Shown one piece after another: positions 33,406 to 47,400 of a stretch of DNA of 64,000 nt; the stretch's first letter is position 1, and each line of letters begins with the position of its first letter. Below the pieces are notes generated by a model. That model was not told the DNA's origin. It ran no database searches and saw only the letters and a program-made list of their open reading frames with translations. This DNA comes from Carcharhinus amblyrhynchos (Eukaryota). The stretch spans positions 56,296,001 through 56,360,000 of the forward strand of contig OZ336871.1 of the NCBI GenBank assembly GCA_965287045.1. Direction: 5' to 3'. The position numbers and the translations under genes were made by a program.

Positions 33406-35564
33406 AATCTCTCATCTCTTTGTGTACTTTGTGTGTAAATTGATGTTGTGCCTGCCTTCAAACCAACAGGGAGTATTCTTCAAAAATAGCTTGTTCTCTG
33501 TAAAACTCATTGGGACTGAGACAGTAGACAGGAAAGATGCCATATAAATGCAAGTCCTTTCACTTTCATTTGTTAATGCAATTACACAGTTGATGTAAAT
33601 CCCTCTGCCAATCATGAAATACCTTTTCCATTCCTATTCTTCACAGTTTAGCATTCAGTGCAAATCTGAAAAGTTTACAGTGAATTGTGATCTTGAAGAT
33701 ATTTTTGCAGACTGGATACAGGGATTCAAGCAATGGACTTTGGAATTCACTCAGAACTCAGCCTTTACTATACCTTTACTGATAATCTGGCCTGGATTTT
33801 CACTCTGGGTCAGGGGCAGAGTCAGGAAAGTTCTCAAATCAGCAAACCACACTCGGGAGAAGTTGCCCTGGATGGTTTAATTTTTGTTCCGGGAGAGATG
33901 GATGTGTGTGTGTGAGGGATGGGAGGCAGGGGTGGGGGCAGTGCAGGTGCAAATGGAAGTCAGGTACGGATGCAGAGTGTGTGAAAGTCCGGGCTTGGTG
34001 TTCTTGGACTTGTAAGAAAAGGAATGAAACCGAATAACAGCCATCTAACTCTCACTCTTCACACCTCACACCCTCCCTATGACATGTCCATGACAAATGA
34101 TGCCACCTCATGCTCCTCAACCACTTCCCATGACACCTCATACAACCATGTCAATTCATGCCTCTCTACCCACCCACATATCACACCTTAGTACCAAGTC
34201 ATACCGATCCATGCCCCTCACCCAGCATCCTTTTCCTCTAGACCCTCTGTGCCAAATCACCCAATATTCACTTTAGGAACCGTGCTGAGATGAAATAAAG
34301 TTCTAAGTGTATATTGATGATGTAAAAAAACCTCTCATTCATAAAAACCCATTCACTATGTTTACATTCCTTCAAGTATTTAATCAATTAAAAAAGCAAA
34401 CATTTTATTCAAGTATGTAATCCTTTATAAAACAAGTATTTGTATTCATAGCCCCACACAAAAATCTTATAACGACTTAGAGCTGCCAGTCAAACTGGCA
34501 GACTCCTCACTATGATGATGATAAGTTGTTAACAGTCATGCAGTACAAATTCTAAAATGACAGCACTCAAAAATATGTTAACATACAGATTGAAATAGCA
34601 AACACTGATTTTTTTACACTTTGAAAGGCAGGAGATTTAAATGATTTGACACCTTGACCATTCCAATGAGTTCACCTACTTCTATGCATATTCATTCCTA
34701 TTTTTAACAATCAAGAAGGGCACTTGATCTCTCCGAATGGTGTCCCTGGATGTATCCAACAGGGCATCATATTTCTCCAAAAGGGCACTCTACCTCTTCA
34801 AAGAACTCCAATAAGTTTAAACCTTCTCTTAAAAATTGTAAAGCCCACAGGTAATGTCTTTGAAGACTGTTTGGGGTAATTGAGTTGGCCAGTACTTCCT
34901 TTAATGATAGACAATGCAAAACTCATGAGGTAGATATATTCATATAAAGGTGTAGCATTTATTTAATAAAAACACAAGAAGCAGCTGCTTGCTAAATCAC
35001 TAAAAGGGTTAAGCAGCTCTGGGGTAGAATGACAGAACCTCTAAGATGAATCTGATGTATACAATCAAAAACAGATCAATTATCATTTTTCTTATCAATT
35101 ATTCTTGCCTTACAAAAGTTTAAACACAATTACATTTCGTATATCCACATTAATAATAACCTCTGACATTCACCTCAGCCAATTGCATTCTACCATTCAG
35201 TATAATGACATTTCATTTGTCCATTAAATCCGGATGCTGGCTCCCAACTTGGCTAAAGTAACTTCTAGGTTGCCTGGTTACCCTAGATGCTTGCTACAAA
35301 AGTCAAAGTGGATGTTCCAGCTAGATCATTGCCAACCTGGATGAACACATGGTCCTACGATCAGGTACATCTGTGGACATTAAGTTACAACAAGGCAAAC
35401 TCTGTCAGCAAATCAAACAAGGCCTCATTTGAGGTCAGCAGTTGTGCATTCAGGAAAGAGACTAATCTAACTCTATGTCAGTTTCATAAACACTGCATTC
35501 CAGGGCTTGGCCACAGGATGAAAACAAACACAAGTTACCATGACAAACATCAAAAAACAATATA

Positions 35565-35873
35565 TGTTGACATATTATGTTAATAAGGGGGATGAATTTC
35601 TGTAAGAAAGGGCAAAAAGCTATGAATTGGTTGGTGGACTATGTATGTAAATTAAGGATTATAAATTCTATTGGTTGACAGTGCACACTTTAAGGCTATT
35701 GGTGTTTTAACTGGCATGTTCTCTCTCCTGGGCTAAGAAGTGCTATAAGTGACACTGTTTGTGGAACTCTATTAGAACACCATAGTGAAATTCACTGTGT
35801 CTGTTCTCTTTGCAGGTAATAAAAGCTTAAAAGATTTGAATACTCACCGTGCATTGTCTGGTTAATTCACAAC
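35565..35873 (+). mobile_element. Possible solo LTR
   Basis: Starts TG and ends AACA, with ATTGG boxes, a TATA-like motif and AATAAA in LTR order. No TSD found. Confidence 0.3.
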
Positions 35874-37202
35874 ACATCCTTATCCTGAGTCCAAACAATG
35901 AGTGAACCTATTTATAATGTTGCAAGATATGTTCCCTTCCCAGAAACTTTTTGATCTGAATTTTCCCTAACTACAGCGTTCCCAGGCTTGTGGCTCTGAA
36001 CTCTTCACCTTTACCATCATCCCTTACGGTAACCTGCTTTCGGCTGAAGTAAGCAATGATTGATGCAATACTCAAGATACATTTTAAATGTCCATATATG
36101 TGTTTTAAAATCATAAATACTTGTTTAATTCTTTTACTGTATTTACATATTTGTAAACCTCATTGGCTTATTGACTTTGTTTTGTGGATCATATAACTCT
36201 TTACTGGTAGAATTGACAATGTCTCAGTGTATTCTGTTATGAACGTCATTAAGTAATTAGAAACTTCCCAGTTCAACAACTCATGAGCAAAATTCAGATT
36301 TGTTTGAAGGTAACTTTTGCCAGTGCAGTGACCTTCAAACAAACTTTTGCCTGTATGAACCACAGATGTGCAAATTATAAGCTGCCCTGTTACTTGCCTG
36401 GTGAAAATGGTGGGTGCCAGGTTCAAGGGCACGACCTTTGGACTCAGGGCTCCGGCACCATTTTGGGGAACCTCTCTATCCCTACTACCTGTAATTTCAA
36501 TAATTACAAGCTGAGGCAAAACTTATAACAATATTAACAATGACACTGAGCACAAATGATCCTGACACTTCTATTTTCATTGATAACAGCTGTGACTAGA
36601 TGTCATCCATTGTAAAGCAGAAAGTCTAAAATCCACCATATTTGCAGCATTAATTTATAACTTTGTTCATCTTTCACTTTTCAGAAAATGCATTAAAATA
36701 TAGGAAGAGATTAAGAGAATAAATGGAGGCAGGTATCTTCAAGAAACGTTGGACAATTTCCCTAGATCATGAATAACAGATTACAAACAATTTTTCACCC
36801 GGGTGGGCAATAAATACAATTAATGAAGGTGAATTCAGACACATACTCCCACCTACTGGCATTGTTTGGAATAACATGAACTTGAAGTTCTCTGTTCAGG
36901 AGCTTTGCATATTTGCACTTAACTTATTTGGCAGGACCCTTTCTTTCAACAAAATCCTTCAGAAAAATAGGCATTTGGATTTCACTGAGTTTTAATCAAA
37001 ACATGATCTGCCCTTATTTCATATTGTTCCACTGAGTGGAATTAATCTGTGGTAATCGGCAAAGGCGGTTACTGAAATCTGCGACATGCTTTTTCAACTG
37101 CAAAATACGATGTGTAATCGACATCCTTGTACATTTCTACACTTTCTAAGTATTGGCAAATAACACATCATTGGTCCATCTAGTCCATCAAGTTTATTCC
37201 AC

Positions 37203-37496
37203 CACGGTGGCACAGTGGTTAGCACTGTTACCGCACAGTGTCAGGGACCTGGGTTCGATTCTCAGCTTTGGTCATTGTCTGATCAGAACCAGCCTCTGTC
37301 TGTGTGCGTTTCCTCCGGATGCTCCGGTTTCCTTCCACAGTTCGAAAGACGTGCTGGTTAGGTGCATTGGCCATGCTAAATTCTCCCTCAGTGTACCCGA
37401 ACAGGCGCCAGAGCGTGGCAACCAGGGGATATTCACAGTAACTTCATTGCAGTATTAATGTAAGCTTACTTGTGACACTAATAAATAAATTTAAAC
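37203..37496 (+). mobile_element. HE1-type V-SINE with non-CR1 tail
   Basis: A box, B box GGTTCGATTC, V-domain, and tail TGTGACACTAATAAATAAA. Confidence 0.88.
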
Positions 37497-38369
37497 TGTT
37501 TTATTAACCAAGAAGCAATTTATATTATTTCTATTCCCTGTCCTTTATCTATTTTCCATAATGATCCCATTAAAATATTTCTAAGTCTTAGAACAAGAAA
37601 TTTTAATGTGTTTAAAGGAAGAGGCTCTTGTAAAACAAAAATGGGTTTAGATTTAGTGGGAACGTATTATTGCAATAATATGGATTAATAAGTAAAATGG
37701 CCAAGATCTCCTGCTAGAAACATTCATTCTCAGCTTAATTTTAACCAAGGGCGTGACTCACGAATGTGTAGGTCAAAGGGGGCAGAGGACAGCCTGGCTG
37801 CCAGGAGGACAAAGCCCTGATTTTCAACATGTTTCAATGTCCCTCACTGAAGCTCACTCAAAACTGGCAGCAATGACATAGAGGCTGCAGAAAGTCATGT
37901 GGTTACAGGTCACAGTCAGGGATCCAAAAAAAGCCAGGTTAGAATGAGGGATCTGGGGATTCTGATGCATATGGCATGGCGGGGTTGGGGTGTGAAACCT
38001 GGATCGGAGGAGGACCAAGTTTCTTGTTGGACTGGGGGAAAATAACTGTGCCTCCTGGCATGGAGGTAATTATGAAATGTTCAATTTATAGAACCTCTCC
38101 TGGCTCGTTCCTGCTTGCTGCCAATTTTGGTTACGTTTGCAGTGCAGATCACATCACTTTTTTAATGTTAATATTTATGATTCATATGGCTCCCATCAGT
38201 CTGCAATGCTTGGCCTCCAAGCAACCCAAAAGCAAGATATTAAAATCTCGGTGTAGAAGCAGGAATGCAGCACCTACAGCTGAACACTCTCTATCTGCAG
38301 TTTCTGTCAAAGTTAAAGTTGGACCTTCTGTTACCATCTTACCTTGACTGATTACGCCTAGTCTGCTAT

Positions 38370-38860
38370 CTGGGGCAGCAGGGCATCGTCCAAGGATAAA
38401 ACACCCACCACCTTGGCAAAATTTCTGACTTTATCCTCAGCAACGACCAACGTTTGAGATAATTGCGCTCAACAAAGGAGGTAATCTGCCAACTGCTGGA
38501 GGCTCAGCTCCAAACTGAGAGCAGGGTAAGGTTTGCTTTTCCAATGGCTGGAATGGTGATCACGGTGATGAACTTTTATACATCTGGCTCCTTCCAGTCT
38601 GAAGATATTAGCAGCACCTCACGGTTCACCGTCCATTGTTGCATAAAGAAAGGCACTGAGCCTCTCTGTGTAAAAAATACACCTAGACCTCATTTCCACA
38701 TGCTAAAGGTAAACTGGCTTTAGCAGAGCTGCAGGCTTCTCCATTGTGCAGAGTGCCATTGATGACTCAGACATTAGTTAAATGCACCTTCTGTCAGCTC
38801 TGCCATGCAAGGTAGCTGAAAGGAATTCCATTTCCTCAATGTGTAGATGGTTTTCAATAT
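38370..38860 (+). pseudogene. PIF/Harbinger transposase remnant
   Basis: ORF 38463-38723 (ICQLL..MNFYTSGSFQ..DIS..VHCCIK), followed by AGF..VQ.AID and K.FHFLNV.MV. These match HARBI1-like DDE transposase motifs. Confidence 0.75.
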
Positions 38861-40149
38861 TATAAACCCGTATCCATTATGTTAACAGGGATAAAATCAG
38901 AGTAAAGGTACAGATTTCTTAAGCTGCACCCAGAAGATTTTCTTTAGCTTTGATGGGGCAAAGGCAACCACAGGAGGGACAGCTCTGGACCTAGCTTTAG
39001 GAAAATGAAGCTGGACAGGCTGAAGGGGTATCAATGGGAGAGCATTGATCATAATTCAGTCTGATTTTAGTGAAGTTATGGAAAAGCACAAGGCTAAAGG
39101 CCAATTTTGCAAAGATGAGGTGTGATTTGGCAAAACTGGACTGAAAGCAGCAGAATGTAAATTAGTATCAGAGCAGAGAGAGCTATTCAAGGAAAAGACA
39201 GAGGGAATTCAGGAAATAACGGGGGGTATTTTGCATTCCCGTTTTTTGGACTGGACTGGATCGGCAGTGGGAATGGGAAATCACGCAGCATTCTCAAAAC
39301 AGGGCTTATGCCAACGGGGTTTTCTGTTCCGATTGTTCCTGCTGCTGCCATTGACGTAAAGGGAATGCCAGCGTTGAGTATTGAGGATCTCATTTGAAGA
39401 TATTTAAATATAACTATCAGGCCTTTATGCCTGATTAGATTGTTCATTTATGCCAGCATGAATCATGATGTGGAGATGCCGGCATTGGACTGGGTTAAGC
39501 ATCGGAGGCGCACAAGTAAGTACATTTCTTGGTGGGGGAGGGGGGCAAAGAGAGTCATACCTGAACAGAACCTTGGCAATGGCCCCCGGATCTGCCCCTC
39601 TAGGCACTGCCCTCAGTCAGCATTGGTTAGGAAATGCCAAATGAACTATCCAATTATCCAGGCAGTATAGGAACTCCCATCACACAAATTTTCAAACATG
39701 TAAACTTATTCAAAGGAAGGTGACAGTTCCACTTTTAAAAAGGTAGCAGTCATATAATTTAAATATATTTACAATTAGAATTCACAATATTCAGAAACAT
39801 TTCAAACATGATGTTTCTGCTGAAGGCTGGAAAGGTGTCAGTATCCGTTGTTGGTGCCACTGGCTACAGTGGGGGTTGAGTACATACAAACATATGAAAA
39901 AGGAAAAGGAGGAGGCCGACAAGCTGTGCTTGGAGAAAAGCCTGTTTGCAAAACCAACTGTTTTATCCCATGCTGGAAGCAACCTCGAAAGATATAAGTG
40001 TGGTAGCTATTACCAGATCTTGCCTATACTTTTTAAACATTTGGGATGTTGTTTGGGAAGGTTTCATTTTCCAGTCAGGAAAATAGAGAGATTTGGAACT
40101 GTGTAAACCTAAAGACATTGTGGATAACCATTAAGGTTATGTTATGGGG

Positions 40150-40495
40150 ATGTGATGGCCTAGTGTATTATCGCTAGACTATTAATCCAGAAACTCAGCT
40201 AATGCTCTAGGACCCAGGTTTGAATCACGCCATGGCATATGGTGGAATTTGAATTCAATAAAAAGTATATATCTGGAATTAAGAATTTACAGATGACCAT
40301 GAACCATTGTTGGGAAAATCCGTCTGGTTTCACTCATGTCCCTTTAGGAAATCTGTTGTCCTTACCTTATCTGGCCTACATGTGACTGCAGAGCCACAGC
40401 AATGTGATTGAATCTCAACTACCTCCAAGGGCAATTAGAGATAGATAATAAATGGCCAGCCAATAATGCTCATGTCCCACTAATTAATAAAAAGA
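40150..40495 (+). mobile_element. tRNA-derived SINE with LINE family B tail
   Basis: A box TGGCCTAGTG, B box GGTTTGAATC, body GTTTCACTCATGTCCCTTTAGGAAATCTG, tail CAAGGGCAATTAG..AATAAATGGCCAGCC. Confidence 0.8.
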
Positions 40496-41156
40496 AGTGA
40501 CTTTCTTTTATGTGTTTTGTTGTTTAATAAGCATTTGTTTTATTTAAAATCATCACAAAATGTCTGGGACATTCTTCACTGGTTTTCACATCTTTCCTCA
40601 TATTATTCCAAATTCCAAAATATAGTTGAGAGTGGGATTGGAATATCCTAGCATTTAACATCAACTCTGCTCTAAACACTTTCCTTTCAAGTTTTTATCT
40701 CTTGGACTTAAGGGAGGGAAATATGGGAAATGGGCAGTGTGAGTACAATGAGATCACTAACAGTGTAATTATAATAGCTATTAAACTTTTGGCAACACTG
40801 CATTTATGACCTTAGGGCTTTACTTCTGCCATTGACCACTGTGGTTATCCTTACCCATTACTTTCTCATCATGTATCTTGAGGGTCTCCTGTCCCATGCC
40901 GATGTAGGACAACTTTCCTTTATTCCACCCCCTACACAACGGCCATCAATGCCACATCTGAAAACAGTGTACACCCTCCCCTAGGGTCAACCATCGCTGG
41001 CTATTATCGCACGGTACTATTCCCAATAATCTCAGCTGTTCCAGCAACCACAATGCACATTCCCTTTGAGAGATGGGTAGACCTGATTTAAGTTGCATTT
41101 GTGAGCTTTAAATAATGCAGACTAGTTTTAATTGTAGGCCAGTTTTAATAGTGGAT

Positions 41157-41428
41157 GCTAGCTTTATGTAACGCTGGCTACCTTCAGGTAGCGCAGGCTA
41201 GCTTTATGTAACGCTGGCTACCTTCAGGTAGCGCAGGCTAGCTTTATGTAACGCTGGCTACCTTCAGGTAGCGCAGGCTAGCTTTATGTAACGCTGGCTA
41301 CCTTCAGGTAGCGCAGGCTAGCTTTATGTAACACTGGCTACCTTCAGGTAGCGCAGGCCAGCTTTATGTAACGCTGGCTAGCTTCAGGTAGCGCAGGCTA
41401 GCTTTATGTAGTGCAAGCTAGTTTTAAG
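41157..41428. repeat. 40-bp tandem repeat (6 near-identical units, each made of two 20-mers)
   Basis: (GCTTTATGTAACGCTGGCTACCTTCAGGTAGCGCAGGCTA)6. Confidence 0.97.
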
Positions 41429-41439
41429 AAGTGAATTTG

Positions 41440-41600
41440 TCTGGAGCACTTCTCATGATCGCAGGATATTCCAAAACACTTTATTGTCAATGAACTATAT
41501 TTGAAGTGTTGTAATATAGGGAAATGTGGAAGCCAATTTGCCCACGGTAAGATTTAACAAACAATCCTGAGAAAATTGACCAGATTTTGTTTTAATGTTA
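41440..41600 (-). mobile_element. Ancient Deu-domain SINE fragment (similar pieces at 48040-48190 + and 56265-56480 -)
   Basis: Reverse complement resembles the Deu-domain consensus as I recall it (TGTTTGT..ATCTT..GCAAATTGGCT..TTTCC.TATATTACAAC). Confidence 0.55.
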
Positions 41601-41796
41601 TTTTAACATTGACCTAGCTAATTTTACAAGTAAATTCATAATTAATCCTTCACTCTTTCTGCCTTAGTTTGCATTCAGACTACCTCACTACTGCCTTTTG
41701 GTGTCTAACGGGTTCAACCACATAAATGTCGACCAGCTATGTTCATTCAGAAAAAAACGGACTGCTTTGTTATCCAACAGTAGCAACACTACAGGG

Positions 41797-41938
41797 GCTG
41801 AATTGCCCCTTAGTGTCAGGTGGATTAGCAGGGTAAATATATGGGGTTTCGGGAATAGGGTGTGGGTGGGACTGTTGTCAGTGCAGGCTCGATGGGCCAA
41901 ATGGCTTCCTTCTGCACTGTAGGGATTCTATGATTCTA
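41797..41938 (+). mobile_element. HE1 V-SINE 3' fragment
   Basis: Tail GGGCCAAATGGC..GCACTGTAGGGATTCTATGATTCTA. Confidence 0.8.
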
Positions 41939-44175
41939 ACACAGTTAATGACACATATTCCAAATGTCCATAATTTTTTATGATGGATATATCTCAAGTG
42001 CCCAGCTACTTGTAGTTTCTTGAATATTTAAATTATATACATAGGTTTCTGCACTTTGAGGGTATGAATAATTTATGAAGGTCAGCGATTAAACTGTTTA
42101 CATGGGAACCAGCACTCAGGTTCATTGGATGTGTGCATTTAGCTGACCATGGTAACCCCAAAACAGAGAGCTGATTGGTTCTTTAACTTATGTAAATATA
42201 TTTGGGTTAACTTTGTGAGAATGTCATTAAAACTTGAGGCTTCCCTATAATGATATACCTGAAAGTGTGTTATAAAGTATGGTTATGTCTCCTAATTCAT
42301 AAAAAAACCCATTTTTATAGCCTATTTAATGTAATGTTAATTCACAGGAACATTATAAAACATGAAGCCAAGTCATATGAGGAGGTATTTAGATAGTTTG
42401 GTCAAAGAGGTAGGTTTTAATAAGCAACTTAAAGGAGGAAAGATCGGTGGAGAGTGTGATATATGTAGGTTGGGATGCATGCTGTCCCTTTAAGAGTATG
42501 GATCAGGCGACCCCAGGGGCTAGCTGCACCCAGGGTGGAAACTGGGCAGTCAGTCAAAGGCTGACTGTGAAGCTGGGACATCTGGAATATCCCTTATTCA
42601 GTACTTTAGGCCTAACTTGTGGTCTTTTCTACACCCTACAGCAGGAGACCCAAACATAATAGAGAGATGGATAGGTTTAATGAGGGAATTCCTTAGCTTA
42701 GAAGCCAGTCAGCTGATGGCACGTCCATCAGTGGTGGAGTGATTACAGAAAGAAGTCTCACAACACCTGGTTAAAGTCCAACAGATTTGTTTGGTAGCAG
42801 AAGCCACTAGCTTTCGGAGCGCTGCTTAGTGCCACTCCACTGCCTTTTTCCTACACCCCTTCACACTGTTTCTATTCAAATAATCAACAAATGCCCTCTT
42901 GAAAGCTCAATTGAACCTGCCTCCAAAGTGGACTTCTAAATCCATATTCTATGAAAGATGTAGTACTAGAGGTAATCTCTTGTAGCATTTGACTCAACAG
43001 GCAAAACAGTGGAAGCCAGAGGCTATTCATAACACGAAACAGGTCATTTTCATGAACCATTTGAGCGAAGGATCATAGGAAAGATTAAGTGACCTTTAGC
43101 AATAGTCCATTAGATCACTTCATTATACATCATTTGGAACACTGTGGTGCCCCTTTTCAATTGTTCTGCAGCGACTACTTCAGAGAATCTTCTCGGGCAT
43201 CTTTTTCTCTTCTAGCGTGTCAGTGTGCGGCCTTTGAAATTGCTGCTATAATCATTTCAGAATGGTTTCCTCTCATTTCTTCGGGAAAGGCTGCATTCAA
43301 ACTGTGACCCATTCTGGCATCTCTGAGCAGCAGCATGGTGCCACTGACAAGATTGTAAAATGATAATGGCCTCTCGGTGTCCTGCAGCTGATTTCCTCAC
43401 ACAATTCAACAAACCTTCCGAGTTACCAGCCAATCAACACCTTCTACATTTAAGATTGTTAAAGATTTGAGTTTACAAAACATCAAAATACGCGGATATG
43501 GAAGAATTTGGATTGGAATTATTCTGTCTCAGAATAACATAAGGTTATTGCCCCATTCCAACTTGGTTGTTAAAACCATACAGTTACATTGTCATTAACC
43601 CTATTGTCTGCATACATACTGCTGCTTTGCACTTGCTGTCTTTAATGTAAGCAATGTTGAATAATGACACAATAATTAAAACACAGTTTAACCAATTATT
43701 TTGCAACGGATCTGACTGTTTCATTGAGCAAGTTGTCACAACTTCCCAATACATGGAATGTGCATTGGAAAGTGCAGGTCTATGTGGGGTAGAAAAGTTG
43801 TTAAAAGTTGTACCATAGATTAGCAAAAGTGATTAAAAAGAAATAAAAAAGAAGCTTTCTTTCAGGTGCGACAGAACTGAAAAATAGGGAGATAAAAGCA
43901 AAATACTGTGAATGCTGAAAAATCTCAGCAGGTCTGACAGCATCTGTGGAGGGAGAATAGAGCTAATGCTTCGAGTCAAATGACCCTCCATCAGAGCTTT
44001 TCCGTTTTTTGTGTGTGAGAAATAAGGAGATTATGCTAAATGTGTATCAAACATTGGTCAGACCACACTGAGAGTACTGTGCGCTGATTTGGCCTTTATC
44101 TCATAATGTGACAGTGTTGAAAAAACATGTTGAAATTATGGAGGTTCTACATTATGGAGGTTCTGCATCGTAGGA

Positions 44176-44468
44176 ATTATAGAATCCCTACGATGCAGAA
44201 GGGGGCCATTCGGCCTATCAAACATGCACTGACAACAATCCCACCTGGGTCCTATCCCTGTAACCCCATGTGTTTATCCAGCTAATCCCCCTGACACTAA
44301 AAGACAATTTAGCAGAGACAAACCATCTAATCTGTACACCTGAGAAGAAACAGGAGTACTTGGAGGAAACACATGGCGACATGGGACGAAAGTGTAAACT
44401 CCACACAGACAGTGACCTGAGGCCAGAATTGAACCCAGGTCCCTGGCTCTGTGAGGCAGCAGTGCTTA
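44176..44468 (-). mobile_element. HE1-type V-SINE
   Basis: B box, V-domain and CR1-like tail. Confidence 0.82.
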
Positions 44469-47400
44469 GAGACCAATCAGTGACCCATAATTCAACTGGC
44501 CTTGAATATATAAGTACACTCATAAAAATTTTTATAAAGAAACAAATATCTCTCAGTAGATGGTCATTGTCTTGGCATCCCAAATTCACAAGCACCCTTG
44601 AGAGCTCCACTCCTTACTTTGAATCAGCAGCATTGTAGACTCGTCTGCTTAACAATGGGAAGGATGCCTTGCTTGCACCAAAGTGAAGACTTGTGATTTT
44701 GAATGCTTCACTTTGGGGATAATGCAGTTTTACCTTCAAGTTTTTGGATGATTTGCTGGAAGTCTCTTGGCTGAATTTGTCCTCCCACTGTGGCTCCTCA
44801 CAGCACATGCCCCAAACCCTGAGCAATTGCAGGCCAGAGATAACTGACTGGCTGCTCTGTGTGTGTTTCAATAAACAGTGGCTGCAGTTTCCAGCCCAGT
44901 CAATCCAGCACTCAGTCCTTTTCTTCTGTTCTCCCACTCTGAGGCTCCTTCCCTTCCTCTCCACGCTGCCTCAGAGCCTCCTTGTCCACCTGCTCACATT
45001 AAAGGCAACTTGAGGCCTCTGTCTCCTCCCTCACAATCCCACCATCAATACTGCTCCATTCTCCAAAGAGATCCTTTGGGCACAAAGACAATTCCCCTGC
45101 CTGGGCTTCTTCCCTTACCAATGCCACATGATGGCAGGGATCTGGCTGACAACTACCAGGGCAAATGCTGGGCCAGCATAGTGTCTCCCCATTGTAATCT
45201 AAAGGATATAGAAACTCTGGACAAGGTGCAGAGAAGAGTCACAAAGTTAATCCCAGAAATGTATGGACATGCATATCAAGAAAAGATTAATAGGCTGCGT
45301 CTCGCCCCCAAAGGGCACGAGGCTGATTAACGTATTTTAAATAGCATAGCCCATTCGATGCCGGACTCTCCCAGCTCTTCCAGGGATCTTCCAACCCTCA
45401 GGCATTGCGAGAACCCGGTGAGAATTACTACTGGTCTCCGTTAGCGGAGACCAGGCATGATGGCCACACCAAGAAGCTCAGAGATTATTGAAGGCACCAG
45501 GTGGTTGGGAACATGGCTGGGCAGTGCCAATTTGGCACACAGGCACTTCCAATGTGCCATGGCAGTGCCAAACGGATGGGGCTACGTAGGAGGTGCTATG
45601 ATAGGGGGGCTATGAAGGGAGGTTGTGAAGGGGTGGGGCATGGTTGGGGCACCAAGAGGTGAGGCATGAATGGCACAAAGGGGTGGGGCATAGAGCAGGG
45701 TTATGTCAGAGTTCATGAAGGGGGACCCAGTGGGAGGCCTCCAATGCTGGTAATCCATGACTGGGGGGGGTGGTGGAGAAAGATGCTGCCAATGACGGGG
45801 TGGTGGTTTTGATGGCTGTGGGGGAAGGAGGGAGTCTTCCAGTCCACTCTCCAGACATGGCGAGACAACAACAGCTTGCATTTCTGTAGCACTTTTAACA
45901 GCAAAGCATTCCAAGGAGCTGCACTGGAGGATTGTAAAATAATATTTTGCACCAAATTAGGGGAGGTGACCAAAACTTGGTCAAAGTGCTAGACTTTAAG
46001 GGATATCTTAAATTATGAGAGCGAGGCAGAGTTGTTGATGGAGGAAAAACATGGGGGGGGGGGTTGTAAAATGAGACAAGAGGTACCAAGATGGTCCTTC
46101 CTTCCTCAGGGAAGCAGCTTCTTTGCCCTCCTATGTCAGTCTAATTAGGATATCGCACTCGTTCCATGGCCTGTCAGAAAATCTTGAAATGAATGTACTA
46201 AACCCCCAGCATCATGGGAATTTCAACAATTTTTCATCGACTTTGTCCTGTGATCCCAGGACAAGCAAAGGGAAATTGATCCTTTTACCAAATCTGACAT
46301 GAATGGAAATTGTAGATTAGCAGACTGATTTGCAGACACAAGGTCAACCAGCTTTTACATCGATGAACAAAGGATAATCACACACCAATCCATCAGCATG
46401 CTGCAGAATATTCAACCGTGCAATCCTAAACTTTCTCTCTGCATTGATGCCACTAGATTTAACTTTTAGTTTTTCAACTGATCTGTTATCTGACATTCAA
46501 GAAAATGTCACCGACAATGAAGTAATGAATTATAAAGCATGGGATAACAGATCTACATTAAGGAAAGGTCAGTAATTACCTTGACAAGTGACAATCTTCG
46601 CAAAAATGTTCAGACACCACAATGACTGCATTGGTCTGAATGTTTACACAGATGGAGAAGTGCAAAATTGCTAGCAGAGACCTGAACCTAACACTTCCAC
46701 CTCCAAACCTGGCCTTCACCATTTCCGCCAAGGAAAGGGGGCTTTGGGGGTGGGATTGATTGGGGAATGGGTGAGAGGGAGGAGATTATAAATGACATAT
46801 CTCTGGTTTCCAGGGCTGTTGGCCATATAAATCAGCAGGTGCCTCCATTCCTGTGATTTAAATAAGGCAGGTGTCTGAAGTTCAAAGTGTGCAGGTTAGA
46901 CCTGGTATGAGCAGGTCTGAACTTTGTAGATCTGTTTGGATAGATAGGAAACACTTTCAGAGAGGGTATACACCCTTTGGGGTAGATCAGCTGCCCTTTG
47001 AGATTGTTAAACGTTGGTATGATTGCCTAAGCTCATTGGAAATGGCAAGCTGTCAAAGAACTGTCAAAGCTGTTTGCTTGTCAAACCTTCAAACAATTGC
47101 CAAAGTTCATTGATACTGAAAAAAAATCAAGGAATATAACTCTACTGGGCTTTAAATTTATAAAGTGAGGGATTTACAAAAAAAAATCAGTGCCTGCTCT
47201 TTTGCTCTGTCAGTTGACATAAACCTAAAGCCTATAATTACAAGATTTTTTGCAGTGTAATCAATTTTACAACCTAATATTATCATAGTGGCGCACCTGT
47301 TAAGTGAACAGTTTGATTGACAGCTCCAAGTGGTTCTAGAATAAAAATATTTGTTTTCATAAGAAAGTAACTGAAGGAATTTTAAAGTATTGAATGTTTT

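Noticed and set aside
41157-41428. CRISPR-like palindromic repeats
   Set aside because: No unique spacers, no cas genes, and vertebrate context.
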